Source of the DNA: Candidatus Poribacteria bacterium
Lineage (GTDB): Bacteria > Poribacteria > WGA-4E > WGA-3G
Assembly (NCBI GenBank): GCA_964291315.2
Contig: OZ219752.1
Location: forward strand, 128,001 to 192,000
Reading direction: 5' to 3'
Length of the DNA: 64,000 nt
Position 1 is the stretch's first letter. Every line of letters begins with the position of its first letter. Position numbers and translations under genes: made by a program. Positions 40,367-50,033 of this stretch are shown piece by piece. The notes beneath the pieces are model-generated. The model made no database searches and was not told where the DNA came from. It saw only the letters and a list, made by a program, of their open reading frames with translations.

Positions 40367-40501
40367 AATAAGGCAATGATTCACCAAGCATCCCTAAAAC
40401 CTAATTTTTTTTCAAACTCACGTTATAATTAACTAAAATTCCCAGCACTCAGCTGCAATCTGTAATGTCCAACAAGCACCCCTTCGGGACGAGTATAAAA
40501 T

Positions 40502-41434
40502 ATGGTGAAACAACAAAAAGTTATAGAAAGGTTCTGGTCTGTTAAACAGATACATATCTTCCGTGACCTTTCCGAAGCAGATGTGAACGTCCTTGAACAA
40601 CTAACAACCTTCAGACGATTAACCAATGGAGAACAGCTCTGCGTCGAGGGTGTTTATTTGCTCAAAGAAGGCCGCGTCAAGATATATGAAACACCGCCTG
40701 AAGGCGAACCTGTTTCTCTTGAAGTACTGGAACCCGGTGAAATGTTTGGGGCAGTTCAATGGAAAGAAGATAAAGCACATCCCAATGTCGTTGCCGAGAC
40801 GCTTACCGAAGTTGTTGTCGGTATCGTCAATGTCAAGAACTTCCAGTTTTTTCTGAAGCGAAAACCACATTTAACGATGCCGCCACAGAAGCCGTTGACG
40901 CGCTATATCCAGCATTATCTCCATAGATGGGACGCTGGCAAGAACCTGATTCGAAAAGCAAAAAGGGACCGGAAGGACAAATTGACTTTCTCCTCATTCT
41001 TTCATTCTTTTACATCTCCAGTTTCACCTTTTGCTATAACAGAAGCGGAAAGACTTGCGAATCCATTTTTAAACATTGTGTTTCGGAGTCCAGCATCGCG
41101 ACTCGCCCTTCTGCTACAAAATTACGCTGATGCACCGAAGCACAATCGCTCCCTGATAGGACGTAGGGCACAGCGCACCTTACACAAACTGTCCACAAAA
41201 AAAATATCTCGATTAATCGGTAGTTCTGTTGAAAAAACAGAAACACTTCTCAACACCTTTAAACAGCACAAGATCGTTGAGAAACGTTTCCGGCGGATTC
41301 ACATACTTAATCCGTGGCAATTAAAAAAGATTGCCAACGCTAGAATGGAAACCTTATCACAAATCCAAAAGAAGAATGAAACTTATGAGCAAAACGAACC
41401 CCTATTTGCAGATCGACCGGCAGATGGTCGGTGA
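40502..41434 (+). CDS. Crp/Fnr family transcriptional regulator (divergent)
   Basis: 'IFRDLSE', 'VYLLKEGRVKIY', 'LEPGEMFG', 'SRLALLL', HTH-like 'LSTKKISRLIGSSVEKT..LL..FKQ'. Confidence 0.8.
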   Translation: MVKQQKVIERFWSVKQIHIFRDLSEADVNVLEQLTTFRRLTNGEQLCVEGVYLLKEGRVKIYETPPEGEPVSLEVLEPGEMFGAVQWKEDKAHPNVVAETLTEVVVGIVNVKNFQFFLKRKPHLTMPPQKPLTRYIQHYLHRWDAGKNLIRKAKRDRKDKLTFSSFFHSFTSPVSPFAITEAERLANPFLNIVFRSPASRLALLLQNYADAPKHNRSLIGRRAQRTLHKLSTKKISRLIGSSVEKTETLLNTFKQHKIVEKRFRRIHILNPWQLKKIANARMETLSQIQKKNETYEQNEPLFADRPADGR

Positions 41435-42764
41435 CATCTACACCTCACAAGAAGTGATGGAAAATTTGACGGTCTTGTGCGATGAATATGGGGCAAGGTT
41501 CGCGGGAACCCCTGAGGAATATGAAGCCGCAAACTTTATCGCATCGTGTTTTAAACGTTACGGACTAGAAAATGTAGAACTAGAAGCATATCCCTACGCA
41601 GGTTGGACACGGGGGGCATCAACACTTGAGGTGATTGAACCGCTTCACAGAACATTGCCCTGTATTTCACTCCCGTATTGTCCGTCCGGAGATGTTACCA
41701 CCGAGCTTGTCTCTGTGGGATACGGAAGTCCTGCGGAATATGCGGACCTCGGCGATTCCGCTGTCAACAAACTAGTAATGGCACAGAGCGCCTCGCCGCC
41801 TGACCTCGGTAGGTGGGTACACCGTAAGGAGAAATTTGAACGAGCAGTTCTCGCCGGAGCAAGTGGTTTTATTTTTGTCAGCGAACACCCGGGAGTTGGC
41901 CCCGAAACCGGAAGTCTTCAAAACAACCGAGAAGCGCCTGTCCCTGGTATATCCGTTTGTAAGGAGGACGGTGAATTCCTGAAGCGCCTATTGGCACGAG
42001 GGGCTGGACACGTCAAACTCAAGCTCAAGACGACAGACATTAACGAACCCCGCACCTCATGGAATGTCGTCGCGGATCTGCCTGGGCATGAAAAGAGTGA
42101 AGAGATGATAATTTTGGGGTGTCACTATGACGGACATGATATTTCCCAAGGCGCTCACGATCCTGCATCCGGAATGGTATCCGTGATGGAAGCTGCACGT
42201 GTATTGTCCGCCTACGCAGCTGACTCCCTTAAGCGAACGATTCGGTTCATCGCCTTCGGAACAGAAGAAATCGGACTTACCGGGGCCTTCCGTTACGTTG
42301 ACACACATGCCTTGGAGCTAAACAATATTCGGTTCATGCTTAATATGGATGCGGCGGGCGGGGCAGGCCGAAAAGGCATAGTTCTCCATTGCTGGGACGC
42401 ACTGGAGCCATTTTTTAATGACGCTCGTGAGCAGATGCAGGCCGATATGCCCGTCGGACAAAAGGTACATTCTTACTCGGATCATTTTCCATTTTTCCTC
42501 AAAGGTGTGCCCTCATGTCACATGGGCGATCCTGAAACACCCTCAGCAGGTAGAGGCTTCGGTCACACCGCTTACGACACGCTCGACAAAGTGAAAATCG
42601 AAAATCTACGAGCTGCTAGTGCAGTCGGAGCAAGGGTAGCACTCAGGTGCTCTAAAGCCGAAGATTTTCCCGCGAAACGACGAGGCCCTGAAGCAGTGCA
42701 GAAAATTGTGGACACAGACCCAGGGTTAGAGGGATACCGCATCTCTCTCAAGCTGAAACATTAA
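41385..42764 (+). CDS. M28 family aminopeptidase with PA domain
   Basis: 'RFAGTPEE', 'GCHYDGH', 'GAHDPASG', 'GTEEIGL.G', 'NMD', 'SDHFPF', 'HTAYDT'. Confidence 0.9.
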   Translation: MSKTNPYLQIDRQMVGDIYTSQEVMENLTVLCDEYGARFAGTPEEYEAANFIASCFKRYGLENVELEAYPYAGWTRGASTLEVIEPLHRTLPCISLPYCPSGDVTTELVSVGYGSPAEYADLGDSAVNKLVMAQSASPPDLGRWVHRKEKFERAVLAGASGFIFVSEHPGVGPETGSLQNNREAPVPGISVCKEDGEFLKRLLARGAGHVKLKLKTTDINEPRTSWNVVADLPGHEKSEEMIILGCHYDGHDISQGAHDPASGMVSVMEAARVLSAYAADSLKRTIRFIAFGTEEIGLTGAFRYVDTHALELNNIRFMLNMDAAGGAGRKGIVLHCWDALEPFFNDAREQMQADMPVGQKVHSYSDHFPFFLKGVPSCHMGDPETPSAGRGFGHTAYDTLDKVKIENLRAASAVGARVALRCSKAEDFPAKRRGPEAVQKIVDTDPGLEGYRISLKLKH

Positions 42765-42787
42765 CCTATTGTTTTAGAAAACAGATT

Positions 42788-44218
42788 ATGATATATTTAC
42801 CTCATCGCTATAGTTGTATCCTGCTATTCTTACTATGCAAAATTTTTGTGCCTGCTGCTCCGCTCTGTCTAGATGCTCACAGCGCAGAACTCGGCAGTAA
42901 GAATACACAAGAAGCTGTCACAGCATCGCGCCAGACAGCAATCGTCACAGCAGTCGAGCGTGCTAGTCCCGCAGTCGTCAATATTAGTGCAATCCGTACC
43001 GTCGAAAGACGAACTTCGTTTAATGAATGGTGGTTTTGGGACGATGTCTTCTACCCGCGTAGACGTTCTCTCCGAGAAGTGGGTTCAGGTATCATCATTG
43101 ACAAAAAAGGACATATCTTGACGAACTATCACGTCATTAGAGATGCCGATAGCATCACCGTAACGCTCTCTGATGAGCGAGAATTTGCCGCGCGAATTAT
43201 CGGATTTGACTACTTGGCAGACCTCGCGCTTTTGGAAGTGGATACAGGTACAGTCTTGCCAGAGATTCAACTCGGAAATTCTGATACACTACTGATCGGG
43301 GAATGGGTCGTTGCGATCGGGAATCCGTTTAATTTATCAATCGGCAACGCACAGCCCACGGTCACGATCGGCATTGTGAGTGCCACCGAACGCGCTTTTG
43401 CTGTCGATGACCGTTACCATGAAAATCTGATTCAGACAGATGCCTCTATCAATCCAGGTAACAGCGGGGGCGCGTTAGTAAATATACATGGACAACTCAT
43501 CGGTATAAACACTGTCATCAAAACTACAAGCGGCGGTTCACAAGGAGTTGGGTTTGCCATCCCTATCAACAAAGCAAGAAAAGTCATCCGGCAGATCCTT
43601 GAATACGGTACCGTTGTCCCACCTTACCTCGGCGCGAAGGAAATCCAACCTCTGACCGAGGATTTAGCAGAAAAGCTGTCTATACTATATAACATTGGAG
43701 TTCTAGTGTCTGAAGTAGACAAGCGGAGCCCTGCTGCTTTTGCAGGCATTAAACGCGGAGATGTAATTACAGCGATTTCGGGGCAACCTATAAAGAGCGT
43801 AGAAGACTTTAAAACAATCACACGGCTCCTACCGCTTCACGAAACCATAGCTTGTGAGTTTGTCCGACGTGGCAAAAAGCAACAGACCCAATTCACGTTG
43901 AAAACTTTGGAATGGAGTTACACACCGACCGGTTGGGGATTAACACTTGCACAACTCGATAAGGCGATGGCTCGCAAGTACGAACGCCTCGGGGTTATTG
44001 TTGCTGACGTAGAGAAACGGAGCGGTTTGAGCGATGTACTTAAGCGTGGGGATTTTATCTATCGGATTGACAACTTTAAAATTCACTCGCTCGAAATTTT
44101 TAAAGTTGTTGTTGACGAACTAACCCGCACCCAAAATACGATGCGACTCTACTTTGAACGAGACGGTATTGATGAAACAATTGTTGTTACTTTTAATCGA
44201 AACAATCGACGGAGATAA
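42788..44218 (+). CDS. HtrA/DegP family serine protease with PDZ domains
   Basis: 'GSGIII...ILTNYHVI', 'DLALL', 'IQTDASINPGNSGGAL', two PDZ-like regions. Confidence 0.95.
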   Translation: MIYLPHRYSCILLFLLCKIFVPAAPLCLDAHSAELGSKNTQEAVTASRQTAIVTAVERASPAVVNISAIRTVERRTSFNEWWFWDDVFYPRRRSLREVGSGIIIDKKGHILTNYHVIRDADSITVTLSDEREFAARIIGFDYLADLALLEVDTGTVLPEIQLGNSDTLLIGEWVVAIGNPFNLSIGNAQPTVTIGIVSATERAFAVDDRYHENLIQTDASINPGNSGGALVNIHGQLIGINTVIKTTSGGSQGVGFAIPINKARKVIRQILEYGTVVPPYLGAKEIQPLTEDLAEKLSILYNIGVLVSEVDKRSPAAFAGIKRGDVITAISGQPIKSVEDFKTITRLLPLHETIACEFVRRGKKQQTQFTLKTLEWSYTPTGWGLTLAQLDKAMARKYERLGVIVADVEKRSGLSDVLKRGDFIYRIDNFKIHSLEIFKVVVDELTRTQNTMRLYFERDGIDETIVVTFNRNNRRR

Positions 44219-44414
44219 GTGTTCTTAATAGTCGTCAACTATCAGCTGTCTGTCGCTCGTTGTCATAGGAGATACCGTTTGCGACTGCTACATGCTTAAC
44301 TGATAACCACTATGAGTAAAGACTAGCCTATGCCTGTTCTCCACAACTATTGAAACCTGATCTAGAAACCTTCAAGGACAACAAACGCAGTAGGCAGGAG
44401 GCGAAATAAAAAAC

Positions 44415-45131
44415 ATGAAATTGCAATTACCCACACTTATCACTGTTTGCATCGCTTTTTTGCTAATTGGCGGAATCTACTTCTTTGTTAGAGCCCCATC
44501 GGAATTAGATGTTGCTGTCAATCTGGAAAGTGAGGAATTTAAACAATTGCGCACTGACGCTACAGATGCCTTCAACGCCGGGAAATATCAACAAGCCATC
44601 GAACTTTATAGGCAGGCGTTAAAGATGCGACCTGAAAATGCTGAAGTCTTTAACGATCTCGGAACCGTTTACTACGAGCGCGGACTGAGATATGCCGGCC
44701 CCAGCTGGCCCTCATGGGAAAAAGAACTCAGAGATGAAACTCCCGCTCAAGGCATCGCGGAGCTTGAGATTGCTGTGGCGAAAACAACCTCCGGGGTCAT
44801 TATGTTCAAAACGCGAAATGAGACAGTCGCTGATGTTATTGAGAAACACGCAGCACAACTTGGCGGTGAAGTTTATCGACGACGCTGGGAAAATGAAATT
44901 ACACTCAACATTCTCATCGGGTCAACAAAAGATTTGCTCTTGCGCGCCAGAGACCATTATATCTACGCCTTAGATTTGAAACCGACACATAGCCTTGCAC
45001 ATCGAAATCTCGGATCATTTTACATGAAAGTAGGTAAGACCGATAAAGCCCTTGACCATTTTCAGGAAGCCTACAGATTGGATCCGCGCGATACCGAACT
45101 CGAAGAATATCTGAATCAGTTCAGAAAGTAA
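44415..45131 (+). CDS. Membrane-anchored tetratricopeptide repeat protein
   Basis: N-terminal TM; TPR units 'AIELYRQALKMRPENAEVFNDLG' and 'AHRNLGSFYMKVG..DKALDHFQEA'. Confidence 0.85.
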   Translation: MKLQLPTLITVCIAFLLIGGIYFFVRAPSELDVAVNLESEEFKQLRTDATDAFNAGKYQQAIELYRQALKMRPENAEVFNDLGTVYYERGLRYAGPSWPSWEKELRDETPAQGIAELEIAVAKTTSGVIMFKTRNETVADVIEKHAAQLGGEVYRRRWENEITLNILIGSTKDLLLRARDHYIYALDLKPTHSLAHRNLGSFYMKVGKTDKALDHFQEAYRLDPRDTELEEYLNQFRK

Positions 45132-45264
45132 TTGCTGCTTAGCCATATGTCATCGGTTGTTCGTTAAGAGATAGGGCCATTGAACCAGAGCTCGTTTTAA
45201 CTAATAACTGACAGACAATTGATAACCATGTTTCACTCGCCTTGTGCTGGGACAAAAAAATATT

Positions 45265-48200
45265 ATGCAGCATAAACGTTGCACAAACTGTGGATTTTTG
45301 AATCCTCCATTCAAATTTTGTGGTGAATGTGGAAATTCACTCAGTGATACCTCAAGTTCACTCCAAACCCAAGCTGTTGGTGCGCTCGCTATGGAAGCAG
45401 CATTAACACATGGAGCAGAACGCCGCCAACTAACAGTTCTCTTCTGTGATATTGTTGATTCCACCGCATTCACTGAAAGACTTGATCCCGAAGAACTCCG
45501 ACATCTACTGGAGGTCTATAGAACATGCGTTATGGAGGTTGTTTTAGCGCAAAGCGGACATATGGCACGCTACTTCGGGGACGGTATCCTCGTCTACTTC
45601 GGATACCCGATTGCACACGAAGACACCGCACACCGTGCCGTGAGAGCTGCACTCGGTATCGTCGCCGCTATGGAGACACTGAACCCATATCTTCTCAAGA
45701 CCTTCGGCGTAGAAATCAACGTACGAGTCAGTATCGACACGGGACTTGTTGTTGTTTGGCATATCTCGGAGGAAAAGTCCCCTGAAGCAATTGATATCGT
45801 AGGTAAAACGCCAAACCTCGCTGCCAGAATTCAAAAACTTGCACCACCAAACAGCATTATTATTGGTGATACAACGCATCAGTTGGTTGAAGGTTTTTTT
45901 AAATGTGATGCCCTCGGTGCCGCACCGCTCCGTGGAATTTCACAGCCTGTGAATATCTATCAAGTATCCGGTGAAATCCTGGCACAAAGCCGGTTGGACA
46001 TCGCTAGCGAAACCGGGTTGACCCCGCTTATCGGAAGGGATCGCGAGGTCGAATCCCTCAAACACGGTTGGACACAAGTACTTGCATCTCAGGGGCAAGC
46101 ATTTCTGATTCAAGGGGAAGCCGGCATCGGAAAGTCACGTTGTGTGCAGGTAATCCAAGAATATGTTGATCGTCAGCAGGAAGCCGTTATTATAGAAGGC
46201 AGATGTTCACCGTATTACCAGAATAGCCCTTTATATTCTGTTCTTTCTATTTTTCAAGAACACATCGTGCAATTTACCAACACCGATACGGCACAGGCAC
46301 GGCTTGATAAACTTGAAAACTTATTGCAAGACTATAACGTCCCGACTGTTCAACCGGAAAATTCAGATAGCAAAGAGCAAACAGACACAACAGACACAAC
46401 AGAAGCGCTGCCACTACTCGCTGAATTACTGGAGATACCTTTTGAAATTCAGCGGCAAACGGAAACGGGTATAGGGGCTCGTACCTACAGTAGACCCGTC
46501 CAACGGCGCATATATCCATCAGGATGGAGACGGCGGCAACGCCGGCAACAGACCTTGGAAGTTCTCGTCCAAGTACTCCTGAAAATGGCCGAGCGAAAAC
46601 CGATCCTTTTTGTCCTTGAGGATCTGCACTGGATAGATCCTTCAAGCATAGAATTTCTTACGATCTTAATCTCTCGAATCGAGAGATCCCGAATTTTCGC
46701 AATTTTGTCCTGTCGTTCCAATGTGCAAACCTTCCGGCACAATGAGCAATCTCAAAAAGGCGGAAACCGACTGACCTCCTCTGACCGGAACGCTGCAAAC
46801 TCCGCCCTCGACAGAGAAATTTTGGACGAGCTCCTGCGCCCTAGATGGGCAAGCACATTACCGTTAGCGGCTCTAAAACCGATCGAAGCAGAAGCAATGA
46901 TACAGCACGTCGCGGGGGATACACTACTGTCGTCAGATTTATTAAAGCAGATCGTCGAAATGACCAAAGGTGTGCCGCTGTTTGTCGAAGAACTCACTCA
47001 AATGGTACTCGAAGGTGGAGTACTCTCCTTAACATCTAATAGCCTAGGCGACACAACACCACGCTCGCAAGCGACGGACATCCCTGTTACACTACAAGAC
47101 TTGTTGACTGCCCGATTAGATGAACTCGGCCCAGCAAAGGAAATTATCCAACTCGGTGCAACGCTCGGAAGAGAATGGACAAGCCAACTACTTTACAAGG
47201 TCGCTTCAGGTATTCATCTAGAGAATTATCCTTCTGTTGATTTGGAAACTCTAAAGAATGAATTGGCCGGATTAGTGAACTCATACATTCTCAATCGAAA
47301 CGAGGTGGCTGACAATCAGGTCCGCTACACTTTCAGACACCCATTGCTTCGAGAGACTGCGTATCAGTCGCTGCTCAGGAGTAGAAGACAGCAGTATCAT
47401 CAACAGATTGCAGAGGTGTTACAGGATAGCAGTGAAAATTTCCAGTCCGAGTTGGTCGCATATCACTATACTGAGGCTGGACTTCCCGAAAAAGCGGTTC
47501 ATTATTGGCAGCATGCCGGGCATCGTGCCTTAGAACGTTCCGCAAACATCGAAGGTGCACGGCACATCAGACAAGGACTTGCAGCACTCGAAACGTTATC
47601 AGAGAACGCCAGCACCCAGGAACTCGAGGCAACAGCACAATTAGAACTAGAATTACAAACGACTCTCGGAACTGCTCTGATTGTGACAAAGGGTTACGCC
47701 TCTGAAGAGGTAGAAGTCGCCTATACACGGGCCCGTGAATTGTTAGACACACTTGAAGCCAAAAAGCTTGTTCCGAACGTAGGGGTTGGGTCTTTGGCTG
47801 GTACCAATGAACGAGATCTCCGTTTCCCTGTCTTATTTGGACTCTGGTTATCGCATCTCGTACGCGGACGACTCATCTCGGCGCGTGAACTCGGTGAGCA
47901 GTGCTTCACGATTGCCAAGCAAGTCGGAGACCTCGCTTTTGAAGTAGAGGCGCGGCGTGCCCTCGGCGCAACACTCTATTATTTGAGCGAATTCAAGAGC
48001 GCTCGGGAGCACCTTGATGCAGGAATTGAGATATATCAACCGCAACACTACCCGATCTCAACATTCCTGCACTATGTTGCAGACCCCGGGATGACATTGC
48101 TCGCTTATTCTGCTCCACTTCTGTGGTGTCTCGGTTATCCTACACAAGCCGAATCTCGACTCTCTGAAGCTGAGACAATTGGCAAGAACAGAAATCACCC

Positions 48201-48915
48201 TTTTAGCGATGCGGTTCTGCTACATTTTAAAACTGTGCTTTATCAGTATGAAGCCAACGTAGAAAAGGTGAACGCTGCCGCAACGGAGATGCTACAGATA
48301 TGTCAGGAACACGGCTTTTCCACTTGGGAAGCCGCTGCAAAGGTGATGAAAGGATGGGCACTCACAGAACAAAGCAATTCACAAGAAGGGATCGCTATGA
48401 TCTGTCAAGGTATCGAGGCGTGGGAACAAACACGCGCTGAAGTGCTCCTTCCACTTTTTCTCGCCCTACTCGCCCAAGCATATCAGCGGACAGGGCAACA
48501 CAGTTTAGCCTTACAAACCCTTGATTCCGCACTATCTGTTGCAGATCAAACTGGGGAACGAACCTATGCTGCGGAACTCACGCGACAACAAGGAGAACTC
48601 TATCTTATGATTTCAGAGGAAAACGAGACTTCAGACAAAGAACGAACCGCACTGAATCGAGCAGAAGACTATTTTCAAACTGCATTAGCACTTGCACGCC
48701 AACAGGGTGCGAAATCATGGGAACTCCGAGCCGCGCTAAGTCTATGTGAATTGTGGCGGACCCAAAATCGATTCCAGGACGCGTGTACGTTATTAGAACC
48801 GATATATGCTTGGTTTTCAGAAGGATTTAACACGAAAGACCTCAAGCGCGCGAAAAACCTTTTAGAAAAGTTGGAAACTAAAAAATGTTCAAGGAAAGGA
48901 GGCCTATCGCCCTGA
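45265..48915 (+). CDS. Zinc ribbon - class III adenylate/guanylate cyclase - AAA (STAND) ATPase - TPR protein
   Basis: 'CTNCG..FCGECG', 'ERRQLTVLFCDIVDST', 'YFGDG', 'NLAARIQ', Walker A 'GEAGIGKS', Walker B 'LEDLHWID', C-terminal TPRs ending 'WFSEGF'. Confidence 0.93.
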   Translation: MQHKRCTNCGFLNPPFKFCGECGNSLSDTSSSLQTQAVGALAMEAALTHGAERRQLTVLFCDIVDSTAFTERLDPEELRHLLEVYRTCVMEVVLAQSGHMARYFGDGILVYFGYPIAHEDTAHRAVRAALGIVAAMETLNPYLLKTFGVEINVRVSIDTGLVVVWHISEEKSPEAIDIVGKTPNLAARIQKLAPPNSIIIGDTTHQLVEGFFKCDALGAAPLRGISQPVNIYQVSGEILAQSRLDIASETGLTPLIGRDREVESLKHGWTQVLASQGQAFLIQGEAGIGKSRCVQVIQEYVDRQQEAVIIEGRCSPYYQNSPLYSVLSIFQEHIVQFTNTDTAQARLDKLENLLQDYNVPTVQPENSDSKEQTDTTDTTEALPLLAELLEIPFEIQRQTETGIGARTYSRPVQRRIYPSGWRRRQRRQQTLEVLVQVLLKMAERKPILFVLEDLHWIDPSSIEFLTILISRIERSRIFAILSCRSNVQTFRHNEQSQKGGNRLTSSDRNAANSALDREILDELLRPRWASTLPLAALKPIEAEAMIQHVAGDTLLSSDLLKQIVEMTKGVPLFVEELTQMVLEGGVLSLTSNSLGDTTPRSQATDIPVTLQDLLTARLDELGPAKEIIQLGATLGREWTSQLLYKVASGIHLENYPSVDLETLKNELAGLVNSYILNRNEVADNQVRYTFRHPLLRETAYQSLLRSRRQQYHQQIAEVLQDSSENFQSELVAYHYTEAGLPEKAVHYWQHAGHRALERSANIEGARHIRQGLAALETLSENASTQELEATAQLELELQTTLGTALIVTKGYASEEVEVAYTRARELLDTLEAKKLVPNVGVGSLAGTNERDLRFPVLFGLWLSHLVRGRLISARELGEQCFTIAKQVGDLAFEVEARRALGATLYYLSEFKSAREHLDAGIEIYQPQHYPISTFLHYVADPGMTLLAYSAPLLWCLGYPTQAESRLSEAETIGKNRNHPFSDAVLLHFKTVLYQYEANVEKVNAAATEMLQICQEHGFSTWEAAAKVMKGWALTEQSNSQEGIAMICQGIEAWEQTRAEVLLPLFLALLAQAYQRTGQHSLALQTLDSALSVADQTGERTYAAELTRQQGELYLMISEENETSDKERTALNRAEDYFQTALALARQQGAKSWELRAALSLCELWRTQNRFQDACTLLEPIYAWFSEGFNTKDLKRAKNLLEKLETKKCSRKGGLSP

Positions 48916-49160
48916 CTTTTGGCAAGTATTATTTTTCAAATACCGGTCAGTTATTGCCAGATAGATAGCATTGGCCATAGCAGCAATCGGTTGCAAGGTT
49001 AAAGTAACTCCTTTAGAAAGTAACAGAAAAAAGGGAATTTTCCTAGATGAAGAACCCAAACTTCTGTCATTTGCCAAAAACGAGCCTATAGGGGAACTAA
49101 CCCCCCTGAACTTAGAAACCTTGCTTCACGTTGTAAGCTAGAAAAGAGGTATAATTAATT

Positions 49161-50021
49161 ATGAGACTCGGTGTCGTTGGACTCTGCGGGGACTTCCGCA
49201 TACTTACATTAGACGAAATTGAAAAAGTCAAGACGTTGGAGTTTACGGGTTTAAGTTTCCATTTTCCCAGTACAGAGATCCCATCAGTGTCGCCGGATGC
49301 TTGTGCTCGCTGTGTACAGATGTTAGAAGATGCGAACCTTGATCTTGTGCAATTCGGTATAACTTATGAGGAATGCCTCTTTCATCCAGATACCGACGTA
49401 CGTAAAGCCGCGATTACAAGCGTCCAACGTGGTATGGCGACCGCTGTCTCTCTTAATGCACACCACTACCTATTTCGTCCAGGGAGTCTAAATCCTGATG
49501 GTGCCTGGACATCACATCCGGACAACCATCTCCCAGAATCAATGGAATGCTTGATTGATACTTTGAAACCAATTGCCGAACACGCTGAACAACAAGGTCT
49601 GACGCTCGTTATGGAAACCCATGCCGTTTCAATTATGGATTCACCTGAAACTTGCAGGGCAGTGGTAGAGCGTGTCGGCTCTGAGAGGCTTCGCATTGTC
49701 ATGGATTTTGTCAACCATTTTCAAACGCTTCGACAGGTCTACAACAGTGAAGAGAGACTTAATCATATTTTTGATGTGATGGGTCACGTTGCACCAATGG
49801 CCCATATCAAAGACATCAGCGTACAGAACGGCCTACTCCTTCACCTTAACGAAGAAGTTCCCGGTGAAGGAGAACTGGAACTCGGCGTGGCTTTGAAACG
49901 TTTTAATGCACTATATCCTGACGGCTACGGATTGATAGAACATCTCCCAACGGATAAAATTCCGATCGCGAATACAAATATCCGGCGAATCGCCGCTGAA
50001 AACGGAGTTTGTATCTATTAA
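49161..50021 (+). CDS. Sugar phosphate isomerase/epimerase (TIM barrel)
   Basis: 'LVMETH', 'MDFVN', 'HIKD', 'PGEG', 'LIEHL'. Confidence 0.85.
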   Translation: MRLGVVGLCGDFRILTLDEIEKVKTLEFTGLSFHFPSTEIPSVSPDACARCVQMLEDANLDLVQFGITYEECLFHPDTDVRKAAITSVQRGMATAVSLNAHHYLFRPGSLNPDGAWTSHPDNHLPESMECLIDTLKPIAEHAEQQGLTLVMETHAVSIMDSPETCRAVVERVGSERLRIVMDFVNHFQTLRQVYNSEERLNHIFDVMGHVAPMAHIKDISVQNGLLLHLNEEVPGEGELELGVALKRFNALYPDGYGLIEHLPTDKIPIANTNIRRIAAENGVCIY

Positions 50022-50033
50022 CCGAGGAGTTTC

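Larger units (their letters stand above)
39673..40425. repeat. Inverted repeat pair (39673-39696 and 40401-40425) flanking a promoter-rich segment
   Basis: TAACGTGAGTTTGAAAAAAATTAG versus CTAATTTTTTTTCAAACTCACGTTA; 20 bp perfect, 24 bp with one indel. Confidence 0.8.
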
